A stretch of DNA of 64,000 nt from Gemmatimonadales bacterium (GTDB lineage Bacteria > Gemmatimonadota > Gemmatimonadetes > Gemmatimonadales > GWC2-71-9). The notes under the pieces are model-generated. The model had not been told where the DNA came from. It did not search any database and saw nothing but the letters and a program-made list of their open reading frames with translations. Below are positions 46,901 to 55,975 of the stretch, piece after piece. The stretch spans positions 6,733-70,732 of the forward strand of contig JBGAPX010000004.1 in assembly GCA_044221045.1 (NCBI GenBank). Reading direction: 5' to 3'. How positions within the stretch are numbered: position 1 is the stretch's first letter; each line of letters begins with the position of its first letter. Position numbers and translations under genes: made by a program.

Positions 46901-49900
46901 CCAGCGCAGGACGTTCTCGCCGGAGCCGGTGGCGTCCAGCTGGTTGTCGTTGTCGAGGTCCTCGGCGTCGAGCGCGCCGTTGCCGTTGCTGCAGCGGGCG
47001 CCGAGGTCGCCCCAGCGGTAAACCGTCACCACGTTGTCCAGCTCCTGGCGGCACAGCGGCACCCCGGCGGTGGGCACCCCGTCCACCGCGAGCTGGTCGG
47101 GCCGGTCGCCCAGGATGCCGATGTCGTCCTGGGCGGCGTTGAAGACGCCGGTGGACTGCCGTTCGGTGTCGAGCCGGCCCAACCCGACGAACTGGCGCCC
47201 GGCGAAGACGGAGTCGCCGGCCTGGACCGAGAGGCTCTCGGGCGCCATCGCCACGGCGTCCTCGCTCACGGAGCCGAGATCCACCACCAGCTGCAGCCCC
47301 GCGGAATCGACCGACCGGTCCCCCGCCCGGAACACCCAGAACTCGAGGAACTCGTTCTTGGAGAGGTCGGTCCCGGTGGAACTCAGGCTGGTGACCATCG
47401 AGCGCCAGCGCGGGGCGTTGGGCCGGGTGGGCAGGGTCCACCGCGACCGGGCGGTGAGCCGGCCGGCGCTGGTGTCCGGCTGGAGGGTCATGAAGAGGAC
47501 GGTCTCCAGCTGGTCCTGCTGGCCCACCACCTGGATCCGGGGATCGATGTCCCGGGCCCGCAGCTGCACCACCTCCCCGCTCGTGCGGTCCTGGACCAGG
47601 TTCTGCCAGGTCATCTGCACCGCGTCGGTGGTGTCGAAGGCGGTCTTGCCGAGCACCACCTCCGCGCCGTCGGCGAACTGCGGCCGGCTGCCGAACTCCC
47701 ACAGGGTCTCGCGCAGCGACAGCTGCACCCCCGGGTCGCCCTCGAACTCCTCGAGGTAGGCCTGCCCCGACCGGTTGGGATCGGGGCGCGTGAAGGCGAG
47801 CTCGCCGTTGAGGTCGAGCCGGGAGGGGGCCGTGGCGGGCGCCGAGGTGAGCCGGTTGAGGAAGCGGGTGACGGCGTCGGGCCGGAAGCGCAGGTCCGTG
47901 CTGATGCCCCCGACCATGTGCGCCTGCGCCTCGAAGCCCAGCTGGGGCCGGTTGAACGCGCTCTGCTCCACCTGGTAGAGGCCGAGCAGGTTGATGCCAC
48001 CGGTCTCGCCGAGGCTGTACCGGGTCGACAGGCCGTAGATCTGGGTGGGCGCCACGGCGAAGACGCCGCGCTCCTCGAAGCGGGCCTGGATGGTGGCGCC
48101 GCTGCCGCCGAAGAGGGTCTGGGGGTCGGTGAAGGTGACCTGGCCCAGGTCATAGTTGATGCTGTAGTCGGTGCCCTTGTCGAGCTTGCGCCCGTTGAGG
48201 TACAGCGTCTCGCTGCCGTCACGGATCGAGAGCGCGCCCAGGTCGAGGGTGGAACGGTCCCCGCTGGAGCTGGCGTTGTACTGCAGCCGGAAGACGAACT
48301 TCGCCGGTGGGCCCTCGCTGTAGAGGAGGTAGCCCGGCGTCCGGTACAGCGAGTCATTGCGCTCGGTCGGGAGCAGCTTCGCCGGGTCGGCGAAGGGCTG
48401 CGCCGAGGGCAGCACGATATACGACTCCTTGATGGTGAACGCGGCGCTGGGATCCCGGGTGCGGGGAAAGAGCCGGTCCTGCAGGTTGAAGGCGGTGGGA
48501 TCGTTCGGGGTGGCCAGGCCGAGTTCCGCCAGGTAGGTCGCCGCCGCGCCGGGGCGGAGCGGCCGCTCCGACCGGTTGATGCTGAGCGTGACCCGGAGCG
48601 AGGCCGGGTCGAGATCGGCGCCGGCCACCCGGTAGACCTGCCGCATCTCGTGCCGGAAGGTCGGCCGGGAGGCATCCACCCGCGGCTGCACGATGAGCCG
48701 CAGCGTGTCGCGGGGCGGCTGCCCGGGAGGCACCGGCGTGTCGGCCGACGGGAAGGTCCCGACCCGCCCCGCCCCGCTCTCGTAGCTCACGGCGAGGTAG
48801 TCGTTGGGGTCCAGCCGGCTGGCCAGCGCGAACCAGAGGCCCGTCGGATCCACGTAGTAATCGAGGTCCCGCTGCAGCAGCTGCCACTGCGCCGTGACCT
48901 TCTGCGTGGTGTCGGCCCCGAACGCGACGGCGTTGATGCCGCCCAGGTTCGGGTTGACGCCGCTGCGTGAAGGGGGGCGGTACCGGTACACGCGCACGTC
49001 ACCCTGCACCGTGACCGCCGGGGGCAGCCCCGACGGGCTCAGCTGCAGGATGTCGAGCTGCGGATAGCCCGGCAGCTGGGCCGGGTCCACCACCCAGAAG
49101 AAGCGGCTGCCCTCGAAGTCGAGGTCCCGGGCCTCGCGATCCTGCGGCTGCACCACCGTGCTGCCCACGCTGTAGGTGCGCTCGGCCATCACGCTGCCCT
49201 TCTGCGTGGCTGCGATTCCCTGGAAGGTGAACGCCCCGACGTCGAAGGTGGCGTTGACGCCGAAGTTGTTGGCCGGGATCGCTGCGGTCAGGAAGCGGGA
49301 GGCCGGCGGCCGGAACACCACCGTCCCCACCTCGACCCGGCGCACGATCTCGTCCTCCAGCCCCTGGTAGTAGAGCTGCAGGTTGTTGCGCGCGGTAAAG
49401 TCCCGCTCCGTGTCGTAGTCCACGTCCACGTGCAGCCGCTGCCCGATGAGGCCGCCGGTGCGCAGGGCCAGGTAGGTGTCGAGCCGGGGGGCCTTCCAGC
49501 TGCCGCGGCAGCCGGAGTTGAGGTCGAGGTACTGGCTCGGGGTGCAGCGCAGGTTCTTGAGCCGCTCGCTGCGCACCTCGAGGCGGGCGTTGCCCTCGAT
49601 GTTGAGGTCGGCGTAGCGGCGGTCGAGCCCGAGCGCCCCGCGTCGGGCCGGGGTAGTATCCTGTCCCGGCTGGGCGCGCCGGCCGTAGACCTGCCGCAGG
49701 CGCCAGGCGGTGACGCGGGCGGACCAGAGCGAGTCCCGGTCGGCGGCCACGGCGCTGTCCCAGGCGGCCCGCGCCAGCGCCGCAGGCCGGCGGGGCCCGG
49801 CGTCCCACGGGGAGCGCAGGACGGCCGGCGCGCGCAGGGTGAGCCCCGGCGCGGACCGGAAGCGGAGCCAGACGGTGAAGGTCGTATCGCCCTGGGCCGC

Positions 49901-49951
49901 CAGGCCTGCCGGGACGGCCAACAGAAGCGCCACGCAGGCGAGCAGACGCAC
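43907..49951 (-). CDS. sprA: SprA/Sov-like very large outer-membrane beta-barrel protein (~2014 aa)
   Basis: Signal peptide; VDYDTERDF..NNLQLYYQGLEDEIVRRVEVG, GTDYSINYDLGQV, LEFWV, DLGSVSED, EDLDNDNQLD, VWVDDIRL. Confidence 0.85.
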   Translation of the reverse strand: MRLLACVALLLAVPAGLAAQGDTTFTVWLRFRSAPGLTLRAPAVLRSPWDAGPRRPAALARAAWDSAVAADRDSLWSARVTAWRLRQVYGRRAQPGQDTTPARRGALGLDRRYADLNIEGNARLEVRSERLKNLRCTPSQYLDLNSGCRGSWKAPRLDTYLALRTGGLIGQRLHVDVDYDTERDFTARNNLQLYYQGLEDEIVRRVEVGTVVFRPPASRFLTAAIPANNFGVNATFDVGAFTFQGIAATQKGSVMAERTYSVGSTVVQPQDREARDLDFEGSRFFWVVDPAQLPGYPQLDILQLSPSGLPPAVTVQGDVRVYRYRPPSRSGVNPNLGGINAVAFGADTTQKVTAQWQLLQRDLDYYVDPTGLWFALASRLDPNDYLAVSYESGAGRVGTFPSADTPVPPGQPPRDTLRLIVQPRVDASRPTFRHEMRQVYRVAGADLDPASLRVTLSINRSERPLRPGAAATYLAELGLATPNDPTAFNLQDRLFPRTRDPSAAFTIKESYIVLPSAQPFADPAKLLPTERNDSLYRTPGYLLYSEGPPAKFVFRLQYNASSSGDRSTLDLGALSIRDGSETLYLNGRKLDKGTDYSINYDLGQVTFTDPQTLFGGSGATIQARFEERGVFAVAPTQIYGLSTRYSLGETGGINLLGLYQVEQSAFNRPQLGFEAQAHMVGGISTDLRFRPDAVTRFLNRLTSAPATAPSRLDLNGELAFTRPDPNRSGQAYLEEFEGDPGVQLSLRETLWEFGSRPQFADGAEVVLGKTAFDTTDAVQMTWQNLVQDRTSGEVVQLRARDIDPRIQVVGQQDQLETVLFMTLQPDTSAGRLTARSRWTLPTRPNAPRWRSMVTSLSSTGTDLSKNEFLEFWVFRAGDRSVDSAGLQLVVDLGSVSEDAVAMAPESLSVQAGDSVFAGRQFVGLGRLDTERQSTGVFNAAQDDIGILGDRPDQLAVDGVPTAGVPLCRQELDNVVTVYRWGDLGARCSNGNGALDAEDLDNDNQLDATGSGENVLRWVVDLRGSPYFVRTGAIAADSGQWELYRLPLRTEQYRLGSPNIRLVKHLRITAVAAPDQGGPDVRTFWALGRMRFLGSPWVRRSEKPVQSIAGATDAPGNGEVVSSTVSTENIELGYTSPPGVRGGLDKKGGGKGEFGSQVNERSLRVIAREILPGQRAEAYFRFPSGPQNLLRYKELRAWARGRGPGWDSRDFEVFIRAGSDSRNFYQFSANAATATWEPELRVRLDKWRELRAQIESRRLQGLPADSAARVACGGDTVSVAYVLCDGPYLAHIEDPAVNPPNLAEVQEIAAGIYRRSGNDPTDSAEVWVDDIRLTEPIARVGSALALDARLVASDVGDLSIGYVRQDGYFQQIGRDPSYRTTGTLQLATGLRVERFLPTSLGIVLPIQVNYARSSVAPELLTGTDILGKDLARLRTPESWSLSYSFAVRRTKRGRSWLVRGLVDPLSVSGNFSDARSTTELSEASNSTRNLQATYLLQSGRHGPTLDLSGLVRRLPGFLRRTDGAAALARPKVNFAPGSIRMGTGLLRNQGDLLAYDVPVRRGLDSLVRPAVSLTHTWRNTAGLTWQPLGMLTLSGDLTSTRDLRRYSDSTSLGRVAGRARRSLFGMDVGVERDRQLGTSLLLAPRVTSWLRPRYQTASSFVLSRSLTSRDPIREDGDTTGAFILPQTLNKTRQREYGAAVEYGRLLGRLVGDSSALARATRRLRPFDISDRLTRAGTFDLAAFDPDLGFQLALGGLDRFLRAQGDSALGASEVRTTTFQSGAELPFGMSFQLGYARSRTNRFQRTTEGYLTSETFQREWPKGTLRLTRAIHGFPVALVGVGATFRQVRGETTVPNTGGLPYVSRQRNRTVTPDAQLTLANGMVLSVTWAAVAQRNLANGNRTRVDQDDITAGFSHAFALPGALSRTRRVIRSQLTGILSKSLSCLQQSGQADCRTVSDTRRREFRATFDTDLGRIMTGGLQFSYSLNEARHLDRKFSQMSVAATFQLSLYAGDYR

Positions 49952-50070
49952 GTGGGGGCGAGGGGCTCGGGCGGAACGGGAAGCAAGAGGCTTGTAGCCG
50001 CGGGACACCGGGAATATACTGGCCGGAGAGAGTGGGTACAACTCGTTACCATTCGGAGACTTCGCCACTC

Positions 50071-51609
50071 GTGCGCCTGCTCGACCGCTACCTGGTCCGC
50101 CAGTTCCTGCCGCCCCTGGTCTTCGCCTTCCTGGCGATGACCAGCATCATGCTGCTCAACCAGATTGCCCGCCGGTTCGGGGCGCTGGTGGGCAAGGGGC
50201 TGCCCTGGTCGGTCATCGGCGAGGTCTTCCTGCTGTGCCTGCCGTTCATCATCGCCATGACGCTGCCCATGGCGGTGCTCGTGGCCATGCTCTACACCTT
50301 CAGCCACCTCGCCGCCGACAGCGAGATCACCGCCATGCGGGCGAGCGGCCTGAGCGTGGGGCAGCTGGTCCGCCCGATGATCCTCACCGGGGTGGTCATC
50401 ACGGCGGCGAACTTCTGGTTCACCGACCAGGTGCTCCCCGAGAGCAACGCCCGGCTGCGCAACCTGCTCATCAACATCCAGCGCAAGAAGCCGACGCTCG
50501 AACTGCGGGAGCAGGTGATCAACGAGATCCCCCCCTCCGGGCTCTTCCTCCGTGCCAGCCGCATCGACGCCACCTCCGGCCGGCTCCGCTCGGTGACCAT
50601 CTACGACATGGCAGGGACCGACAGCCGCCGGGTGATCTACGCCGACAGCGGCGTCATGGGCTTCACCGACGTGGGCACTGACCTCCAGCTCAAGCTGTAC
50701 GACGGCTCGGTGCACGCCTTCCGGCAGAGCGACGCGGCGCTGATGCAGGTGACCGACTTCCTCACCAACACCATCCGGGTGCGGGACGTCTCCAACCGGC
50801 TCGACCTCGAGGCCAACGACGGGGTGCGCGGCGACCGCGAGATGACCAGCTGCGAGATGATGAAGGTGGTCCAGGGGGCCGAGTACGAGGTCCGGCTGGC
50901 CCAGGCCCGGCGGCGGGCCACCGCGGAGCGGGACCTCCGCGCCCTGCTCGTGCTGCCGGCCGTGGCGGTGCCGATGCGGGCCTCCCGCCCCGCGATGCCG
51001 GCCTATTGCCGGGCCTTCGCCGCCCTCGGCCGAAGGCTGGGGACGGACAGCGCCGACCTGAGCACACACCCGGAGGACTTCGAGGACCCGGTCGCCACAG
51101 GCTACGGTGACACCCCGGACGTGGTGCCGCTGCAGGCGCTCACCCCCCCGCGGCCCCGGGTGCCGGGACTGCGGGAACCGTCGTCGCTCACCTCGTGGGC
51201 GGAGGTGTCCGCGGCCCGCGACGAGATCAAGACCTCGGGCGGCCGCGCCAACCAGTACCGGGTAGAGGTCCACAAGAAGTGGGCGATCAGCGTGGCCTGC
51301 CTGGTCTTTGCGCTGGTGGGCATCCCGATGGCCCTGCGCTTTCCCCGCGGCGGCATGGGCCTGGTGATCGGCGGCGGGCTGTTCGTCTTCGCCATCTACT
51401 ACGTGGGGCTGATCGCGGGGGAGGGGCTCGGCAACAAGAACATCGTGGCCCCGTGGCTCGCCATGTGGGCGCCCAACCTGATCTTCGCGGCGCTCGCGGT
51501 GGTCGGCATCGTGCGGGTGAGCAAGGAATCGGGCTCCACCCGTGGCGGCGACCTGGCCGAGCTGTGGGACACCCTCACCGGCCGGTTCCGCCGGCGGAAG
51601 GCGGCCTGA
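50071..51609 (+). CDS. lptF: LPS export permease LptF (YjgP/YjgQ family)
   Basis: LLDRYL, TLPMAVL, SEITAMRASG, VEVHKK, AMWAPN. Confidence 0.88.
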   Translation: MRLLDRYLVRQFLPPLVFAFLAMTSIMLLNQIARRFGALVGKGLPWSVIGEVFLLCLPFIIAMTLPMAVLVAMLYTFSHLAADSEITAMRASGLSVGQLVRPMILTGVVITAANFWFTDQVLPESNARLRNLLINIQRKKPTLELREQVINEIPPSGLFLRASRIDATSGRLRSVTIYDMAGTDSRRVIYADSGVMGFTDVGTDLQLKLYDGSVHAFRQSDAALMQVTDFLTNTIRVRDVSNRLDLEANDGVRGDREMTSCEMMKVVQGAEYEVRLAQARRRATAERDLRALLVLPAVAVPMRASRPAMPAYCRAFAALGRRLGTDSADLSTHPEDFEDPVATGYGDTPDVVPLQALTPPRPRVPGLREPSSLTSWAEVSAARDEIKTSGGRANQYRVEVHKKWAISVACLVFALVGIPMALRFPRGGMGLVIGGGLFVFAIYYVGLIAGEGLGNKNIVAPWLAMWAPNLIFAALAVVGIVRVSKESGSTRGGDLAELWDTLTGRFRRRKAA

Positions 51610-52686
51610 GTGCGCCTGCTCGACCGCTACGTGCTGCGCTCGTGGATCGTGATCTTCGTGCTCACCGCCATCGGCTTCCCGGTGGTGTCCATCATGATCA
51701 ACATGACGGACAACCTCGAGCGGCTGCTCGACCGCGGCCTCAAGTTCCCCGAGATCCTGACCAGCTACGTCTACGCCCTGCCGGAGAACATCTTCCTGGT
51801 GATGCCGGCGGCGGTGCTGTTCGCCACCGTCTTCACCATCGGCAACCTGGGCCGGCACTCGGAGCTCACCGCCGCCAAGGCGGGGGGCTGGAGCTTCCAC
51901 CGACTCGCCTTCCCGATCTACCTCGCCGCCTGCGGGGCCGCGGTGCTCGCCTTCGTGGTGGGGGAGCTGGCGCCCGAGTCGACCAGCCGGCAGCTGGAGC
52001 TGCAGAAGGCCAAGCTGGCCAAGCCGCGCACTGCCCGGTACAACTTCGTCTTCCGCGCCGACCAGGGCTGGGTCTACACCATCCGCTCGCTCGACGTGCA
52101 GAACCGGATGCTGCGGCAGCTGGTGTTCGAGCGGCAGGGCAAGGGCGCCGACTATCCCGACCTGGCACTCACGGCCGACAGCGCGACCTACGATGACACG
52201 CTCCACACCTGGCACCTGTGGCACGGGACCAGCCGCCGGATCCTGGAGAACGGCACCCAGGTGGCCTTCCGCTACGAGTCGGCGCGGCTGCGCGCGCTGT
52301 CGCAGGAGCCGGTGGACCTCCTGGCCGAGCCGAAGGCGCCGGAGGAGATGCGCTACAAGGAGCTGACCCGCTACATCGACGCCCTCAAGCGCTCCGGGAA
52401 CGACACCAGCAAGATCGAGGTCGACCGCGCGCTCAAGATCGCGCTGCCCGCCACCTGCCTGGTGATCGCGCTCTTCGGGGCGCCGCTGGCCATCACCTCG
52501 CCGCGGCAGGGCACCGCCATCGGCATCGCCATCAGCCTGGGGACGACGGTGGTGTTCCTGTCGTTCATCCAGCTCTCCAAGGCGGTGGGTGTGACCGGCG
52601 TGGTGAATCCGGTGGCCGCTGCGTGGGCGCCGAACATCTTCTTCCTGGGCGCGGCCCTGTGGCTGCTGCGGCGGGTGCGGACCTAG
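51610..52686 (+). CDS. lptG: LPS export permease LptG (YjgP/YjgQ family)
   Basis: LLDRYV, SELTAAKAGG, PEEM, AAWAPN; abuts lptF. Confidence 0.88.
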   Translation: MRLLDRYVLRSWIVIFVLTAIGFPVVSIMINMTDNLERLLDRGLKFPEILTSYVYALPENIFLVMPAAVLFATVFTIGNLGRHSELTAAKAGGWSFHRLAFPIYLAACGAAVLAFVVGELAPESTSRQLELQKAKLAKPRTARYNFVFRADQGWVYTIRSLDVQNRMLRQLVFERQGKGADYPDLALTADSATYDDTLHTWHLWHGTSRRILENGTQVAFRYESARLRALSQEPVDLLAEPKAPEEMRYKELTRYIDALKRSGNDTSKIEVDRALKIALPATCLVIALFGAPLAITSPRQGTAIGIAISLGTTVVFLSFIQLSKAVGVTGVVNPVAAAWAPNIFFLGAALWLLRRVRT

Positions 52687-52739
52687 CACCGCCCCCGGGC
52701 GCCGTACCGCGCCACCGGCTTCCCTTCCATATTTCGCCC

Positions 52740-54338
52740 ATGGCCTCCCCCCGCCCCATCATCGTCGGCACCGGCATCGCCGGGCTGTGGACCGCCTGGC
52801 GGCTGGCCAACGAGGGGCAGGCCTCGGTCCTGGTGACCAAGGGCGTGCTGGCCGACAGCGCCAGCGCGTGGGCCCAGGGCGGGGTGGCGGTGGCGCTCGG
52901 CCCCGGCGACAGCCCGAGCCAGCACGCCGCCGACACCCTTGCCGCCGGCGACGGCCTCTCCGATCCCGAGGCGGTCCGGATCCTCACCAAGGAAGGCCCC
53001 GACCGGATCCGCGAGCTGCTCGAGGCCGGCGCGATCTTCGATCGCGGGCCCGACGGCTCGCTCCGCTTCGGGCTGGAAGCGGCGCACACCCAGCCGCGCA
53101 TCATCCACGCCGGGGGCGACCGCACCGGCGCCGCGATCGTGGCTTTCCTGACCCAGATCCTCCGCCGCCACCCGCTGGTCGAGATCCTGCGCTACACCGA
53201 GGTCGCCGCGCTGAGCCACGACGGGTCCCGGCTCACCGGCGTGATCGCGCTCCGCAACGGGCAGCCGGTGGAGCTGCTGGCCCGCGACGTGGTGCTTGCC
53301 ACCGGGGGCGTGGGGCAGCTCTACGCCGTCACCACCAACCCGCTGGTGGCCACCGGCGACGGCTGGGCACTGGCGTGGCGGGTGGGCGCCGAGCTGCGGG
53401 ACATCGAGTTCCTGCAGTTCCACCCCACCGCGCTCAAGCTGCCGGGCGTGAACCCGGCGCCGCTCATCACCGAGGCGGTGCGCGGAGCCGGCGGGATCCT
53501 GGTGGACCGGGACGGCCGCCGCTTCGCCTTCGACGCCGACCCGCGCGGGGAGCTGGCCCCGCGCGACGTCGTGGCCCGCGCGGTCGCTGCCGCCGACGCG
53601 ACCGGCGGGGCCTGGCTCGACGCCCGCGAGATCCACGACTTCCCCGCCCGCTTCCCCGGGGTGACCCAGATCCTGGCCACCCATCACCTTGATCCGGCGC
53701 GCAACCTGATCCCGGTGGCCCCGGCGCTGCACTACGCCATGGGCGGCATCCGGACCGACTTCGACGGGCGCACCACCCGCGAGGGGCTGTGGGCCGTGGG
53801 CGAGGTGGCCTGCACCGGCGTGCACGGCGCCAACCGGCTGGCCTCCAACTCGCTGCTCGAGGGGATGGTCTTCGCCGACCGGGTGGCGCGGGCGCTGGTG
53901 GCCCGGCGCGGGCCGGGCGACTGGGGCGATGGGCCCGCGACGCACCCGGTGCCCGCCCTCCGGGCCGAGGCCTTCGCCGCGCGATGGCGGCCGGCGGCCC
54001 ATCGCGCGGCCAAGGTCCCCGCCTTCCCGCCCGCCGCGCCGCGCGCCCGCGATGCCGACGAGGTGGCCGCGCCGGTGCGCGAGGACATCCGAGCCATCAT
54101 GACCACCGACGTCGGCATGGTGCGCACCGAGGCGGGGCTGCGCCGGGCACGGCGCGCGCTCACCGCCCTCACCGCGCGGCTTCCCGCCGACGCCTGGCGT
54201 TCGCACAACATGCTGCTGGTGGCGCGGCTGATCACCCATGCGGCGCTGCGCCGGCGGGAGAGCCGCGGCGGCCACCGCCGCCTCGACTATCCCCCGGCGG
54301 CCCGGCCCGCCGCGCCGCCGAGCCGGAGTCCCGCATGA
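52740..54338 (+). CDS. nadB: L-aspartate oxidase
   Basis: IVGTGIAG, WAQGG, QFHPT, TEAVRG, ELAPRD, HYAMGG, HGANRLASNSLLEG, ESRGGH. Confidence 0.95.
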   Translation: MASPRPIIVGTGIAGLWTAWRLANEGQASVLVTKGVLADSASAWAQGGVAVALGPGDSPSQHAADTLAAGDGLSDPEAVRILTKEGPDRIRELLEAGAIFDRGPDGSLRFGLEAAHTQPRIIHAGGDRTGAAIVAFLTQILRRHPLVEILRYTEVAALSHDGSRLTGVIALRNGQPVELLARDVVLATGGVGQLYAVTTNPLVATGDGWALAWRVGAELRDIEFLQFHPTALKLPGVNPAPLITEAVRGAGGILVDRDGRRFAFDADPRGELAPRDVVARAVAAADATGGAWLDAREIHDFPARFPGVTQILATHHLDPARNLIPVAPALHYAMGGIRTDFDGRTTREGLWAVGEVACTGVHGANRLASNSLLEGMVFADRVARALVARRGPGDWGDGPATHPVPALRAEAFAARWRPAAHRAAKVPAFPPAAPRARDADEVAAPVREDIRAIMTTDVGMVRTEAGLRRARRALTALTARLPADAWRSHNMLLVARLITHAALRRRESRGGHRRLDYPPAARPAAPPSRSPA

Positions 54339-55354
54339 GCCTGGCCCTCCCCGTCATCGAGCCCACCCGCCTCGCCGCCGCCGAGATCCGCGCGCTGCAG
54401 GAGGAGATCCGGGCCCTGGCCTCGCGGCGCCGCGCCGTGATCCTGGCGCACAACTACCAGCGGGCCGAGGTCCAGGACGTGGCCGACTACGTCGGGGACT
54501 CGCTCGGCCTCTCGCGCACCGCCGCGGCCACCGACGCCGAGGTGATCGTGTTCTGCGGGGTGCACTTCATGGCGGAGACCGCGGCCATCCTCGCGCCCGC
54601 CAAGCGGGTGCTGCTCCCGGACCTGCGCGCCGGCTGCTCGCTGGCCGACACCATCACCGCGGCCGACATCCGGGCCTGGAAAGCCCGCTTCCCCGGCTAC
54701 ATCGCGGTGGGCTACGTCAACACCACCGCCGAGGCCAAGGCGGAGCTCGACTACTGCTGCACCAGCGGCAACGTGCTGGAGGTGATCGACGCGATCCCGG
54801 ACGAGCAGGGCATCCTCTTCTGCCCCGACTTCTTCCTCGGCGCGCACGTGCGCCGTATGCGGCCCCACCGCCGGGTCGAGGTGTGGCTGGGGGAATGCCA
54901 CGTGCACAAGGACATCAACCCCCACACCCTCGACCGGATGCGGGAGGAACACCCGGCGGCCGAGGTGCTGGTGCACCCGGAGTGCGGCTGCGCGGGGCAG
55001 CTGATCTACGCCATGGGCCGGGGCGACATCCCCGCGGACGGGATCCACGTCGCCTCCACCGAGCGGATGATCCAGCTGGTGCAGGAGCGGCCGGTGGACG
55101 AGTTCATCATCGCCACCGAGACGGGGATCATGCACCGCATGGAGCTGCTGGCCCCGGCCAAGCGCTTCTACGCCGCCGACCGCGCCGCGGTCTGCGCCTT
55201 CATGAAGACCATCACGCTCGAGGCCACCCGCGACGCGCTCGCGCTCGACCGCCACCACGTGACCGTCCCGGCCGAGGTTGCGAGCCGGGCGCGCCTCGCG
55301 CTCGACCGGATGGTGGCACTCGGCCCGGGCGTGGCCCGGAAGCCGGGCGACTAG
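54335..55354 (+). CDS. nadA: Quinolinate synthase
   Basis: ILAHNYQ, FCGVHFMAE, GCSLA, CHVH, VHPEC, CAFMK. Confidence 0.96.
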   Translation: MSLALPVIEPTRLAAAEIRALQEEIRALASRRRAVILAHNYQRAEVQDVADYVGDSLGLSRTAAATDAEVIVFCGVHFMAETAAILAPAKRVLLPDLRAGCSLADTITAADIRAWKARFPGYIAVGYVNTTAEAKAELDYCCTSGNVLEVIDAIPDEQGILFCPDFFLGAHVRRMRPHRRVEVWLGECHVHKDINPHTLDRMREEHPAAEVLVHPECGCAGQLIYAMGRGDIPADGIHVASTERMIQLVQERPVDEFIIATETGIMHRMELLAPAKRFYAADRAAVCAFMKTITLEATRDALALDRHHVTVPAEVASRARLALDRMVALGPGVARKPGD

Positions 55355-55372
55355 TCCCCCGCCGGGGCGACC

Positions 55373-55975
55373 ATGCGGCACCGCACCCTCGTCGTCTCCG
55401 CCCTCGTCCTCGGCCTGGCCGCCACCTGCGCCGCCACCGGGACCTCCCTGGTGCCCGCCAGCCTCATGCTGGGGCCCTGCCTGCGCGACTGGACCAGCCC
55501 CTCGTCCTACGGCGCCCGCCAGAGCCCGCTGGCCTCCGTGGACGCGCCCCTCGGCGACGGGGCGCTCCGGTTGTGCTACGGGCGCCCCGCGATGCGGGGG
55601 CGGACCGTCTACGGCGGCCTCGTGCCGTGGGATACCCTGTGGCGCATGGGCGCCAACGAACCCACCCGGCTCTACCTCAACCGGCCGGCCACCGTGGCGG
55701 GCATCCCGCTCGACGCGGGCCGGTATTCCCTGTACCTGCGCCCCGGCGCCGCGGGATGGACGCTGTTCGTGAACCGCTCGGTGCGGCACTGGGGCAATGA
55801 CTTCTCGCTCGCGGTCCGGGCGCACGAGGTCGGCTCCACCCCGGTGCCGGTGGTGGCCCTCCCCGAACCGGTCGAGACGCTCACCGTCCGGCGGGTGGCG
55901 GCCGATAGTGGCAGGATGGCCCTGGCCTTCGACTGGGAACGCACCCGGGTGGTGCTGCGAGTGAGTCCACGATGA
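55373..55975 (+). CDS. DUF2911 domain-containing exported protein
   Basis: RQSP, YGRPAMRGR..YGGLVPW..WRMGANEPT, AGRYSLY. Confidence 0.85.
   Translation: MRHRTLVVSALVLGLAATCAATGTSLVPASLMLGPCLRDWTSPSSYGARQSPLASVDAPLGDGALRLCYGRPAMRGRTVYGGLVPWDTLWRMGANEPTRLYLNRPATVAGIPLDAGRYSLYLRPGAAGWTLFVNRSVRHWGNDFSLAVRAHEVGSTPVPVVALPEPVETLTVRRVAADSGRMALAFDWERTRVVLRVSPR

Noticed and set aside
50071-51630. 21-nt identical repeat at the starts of lptF and lptG (GTGCGCCTGCTCGACCGCTAC)
   Set aside because: Explained by the conserved MRLLDRY N-terminus of paralogues plus codon bias.
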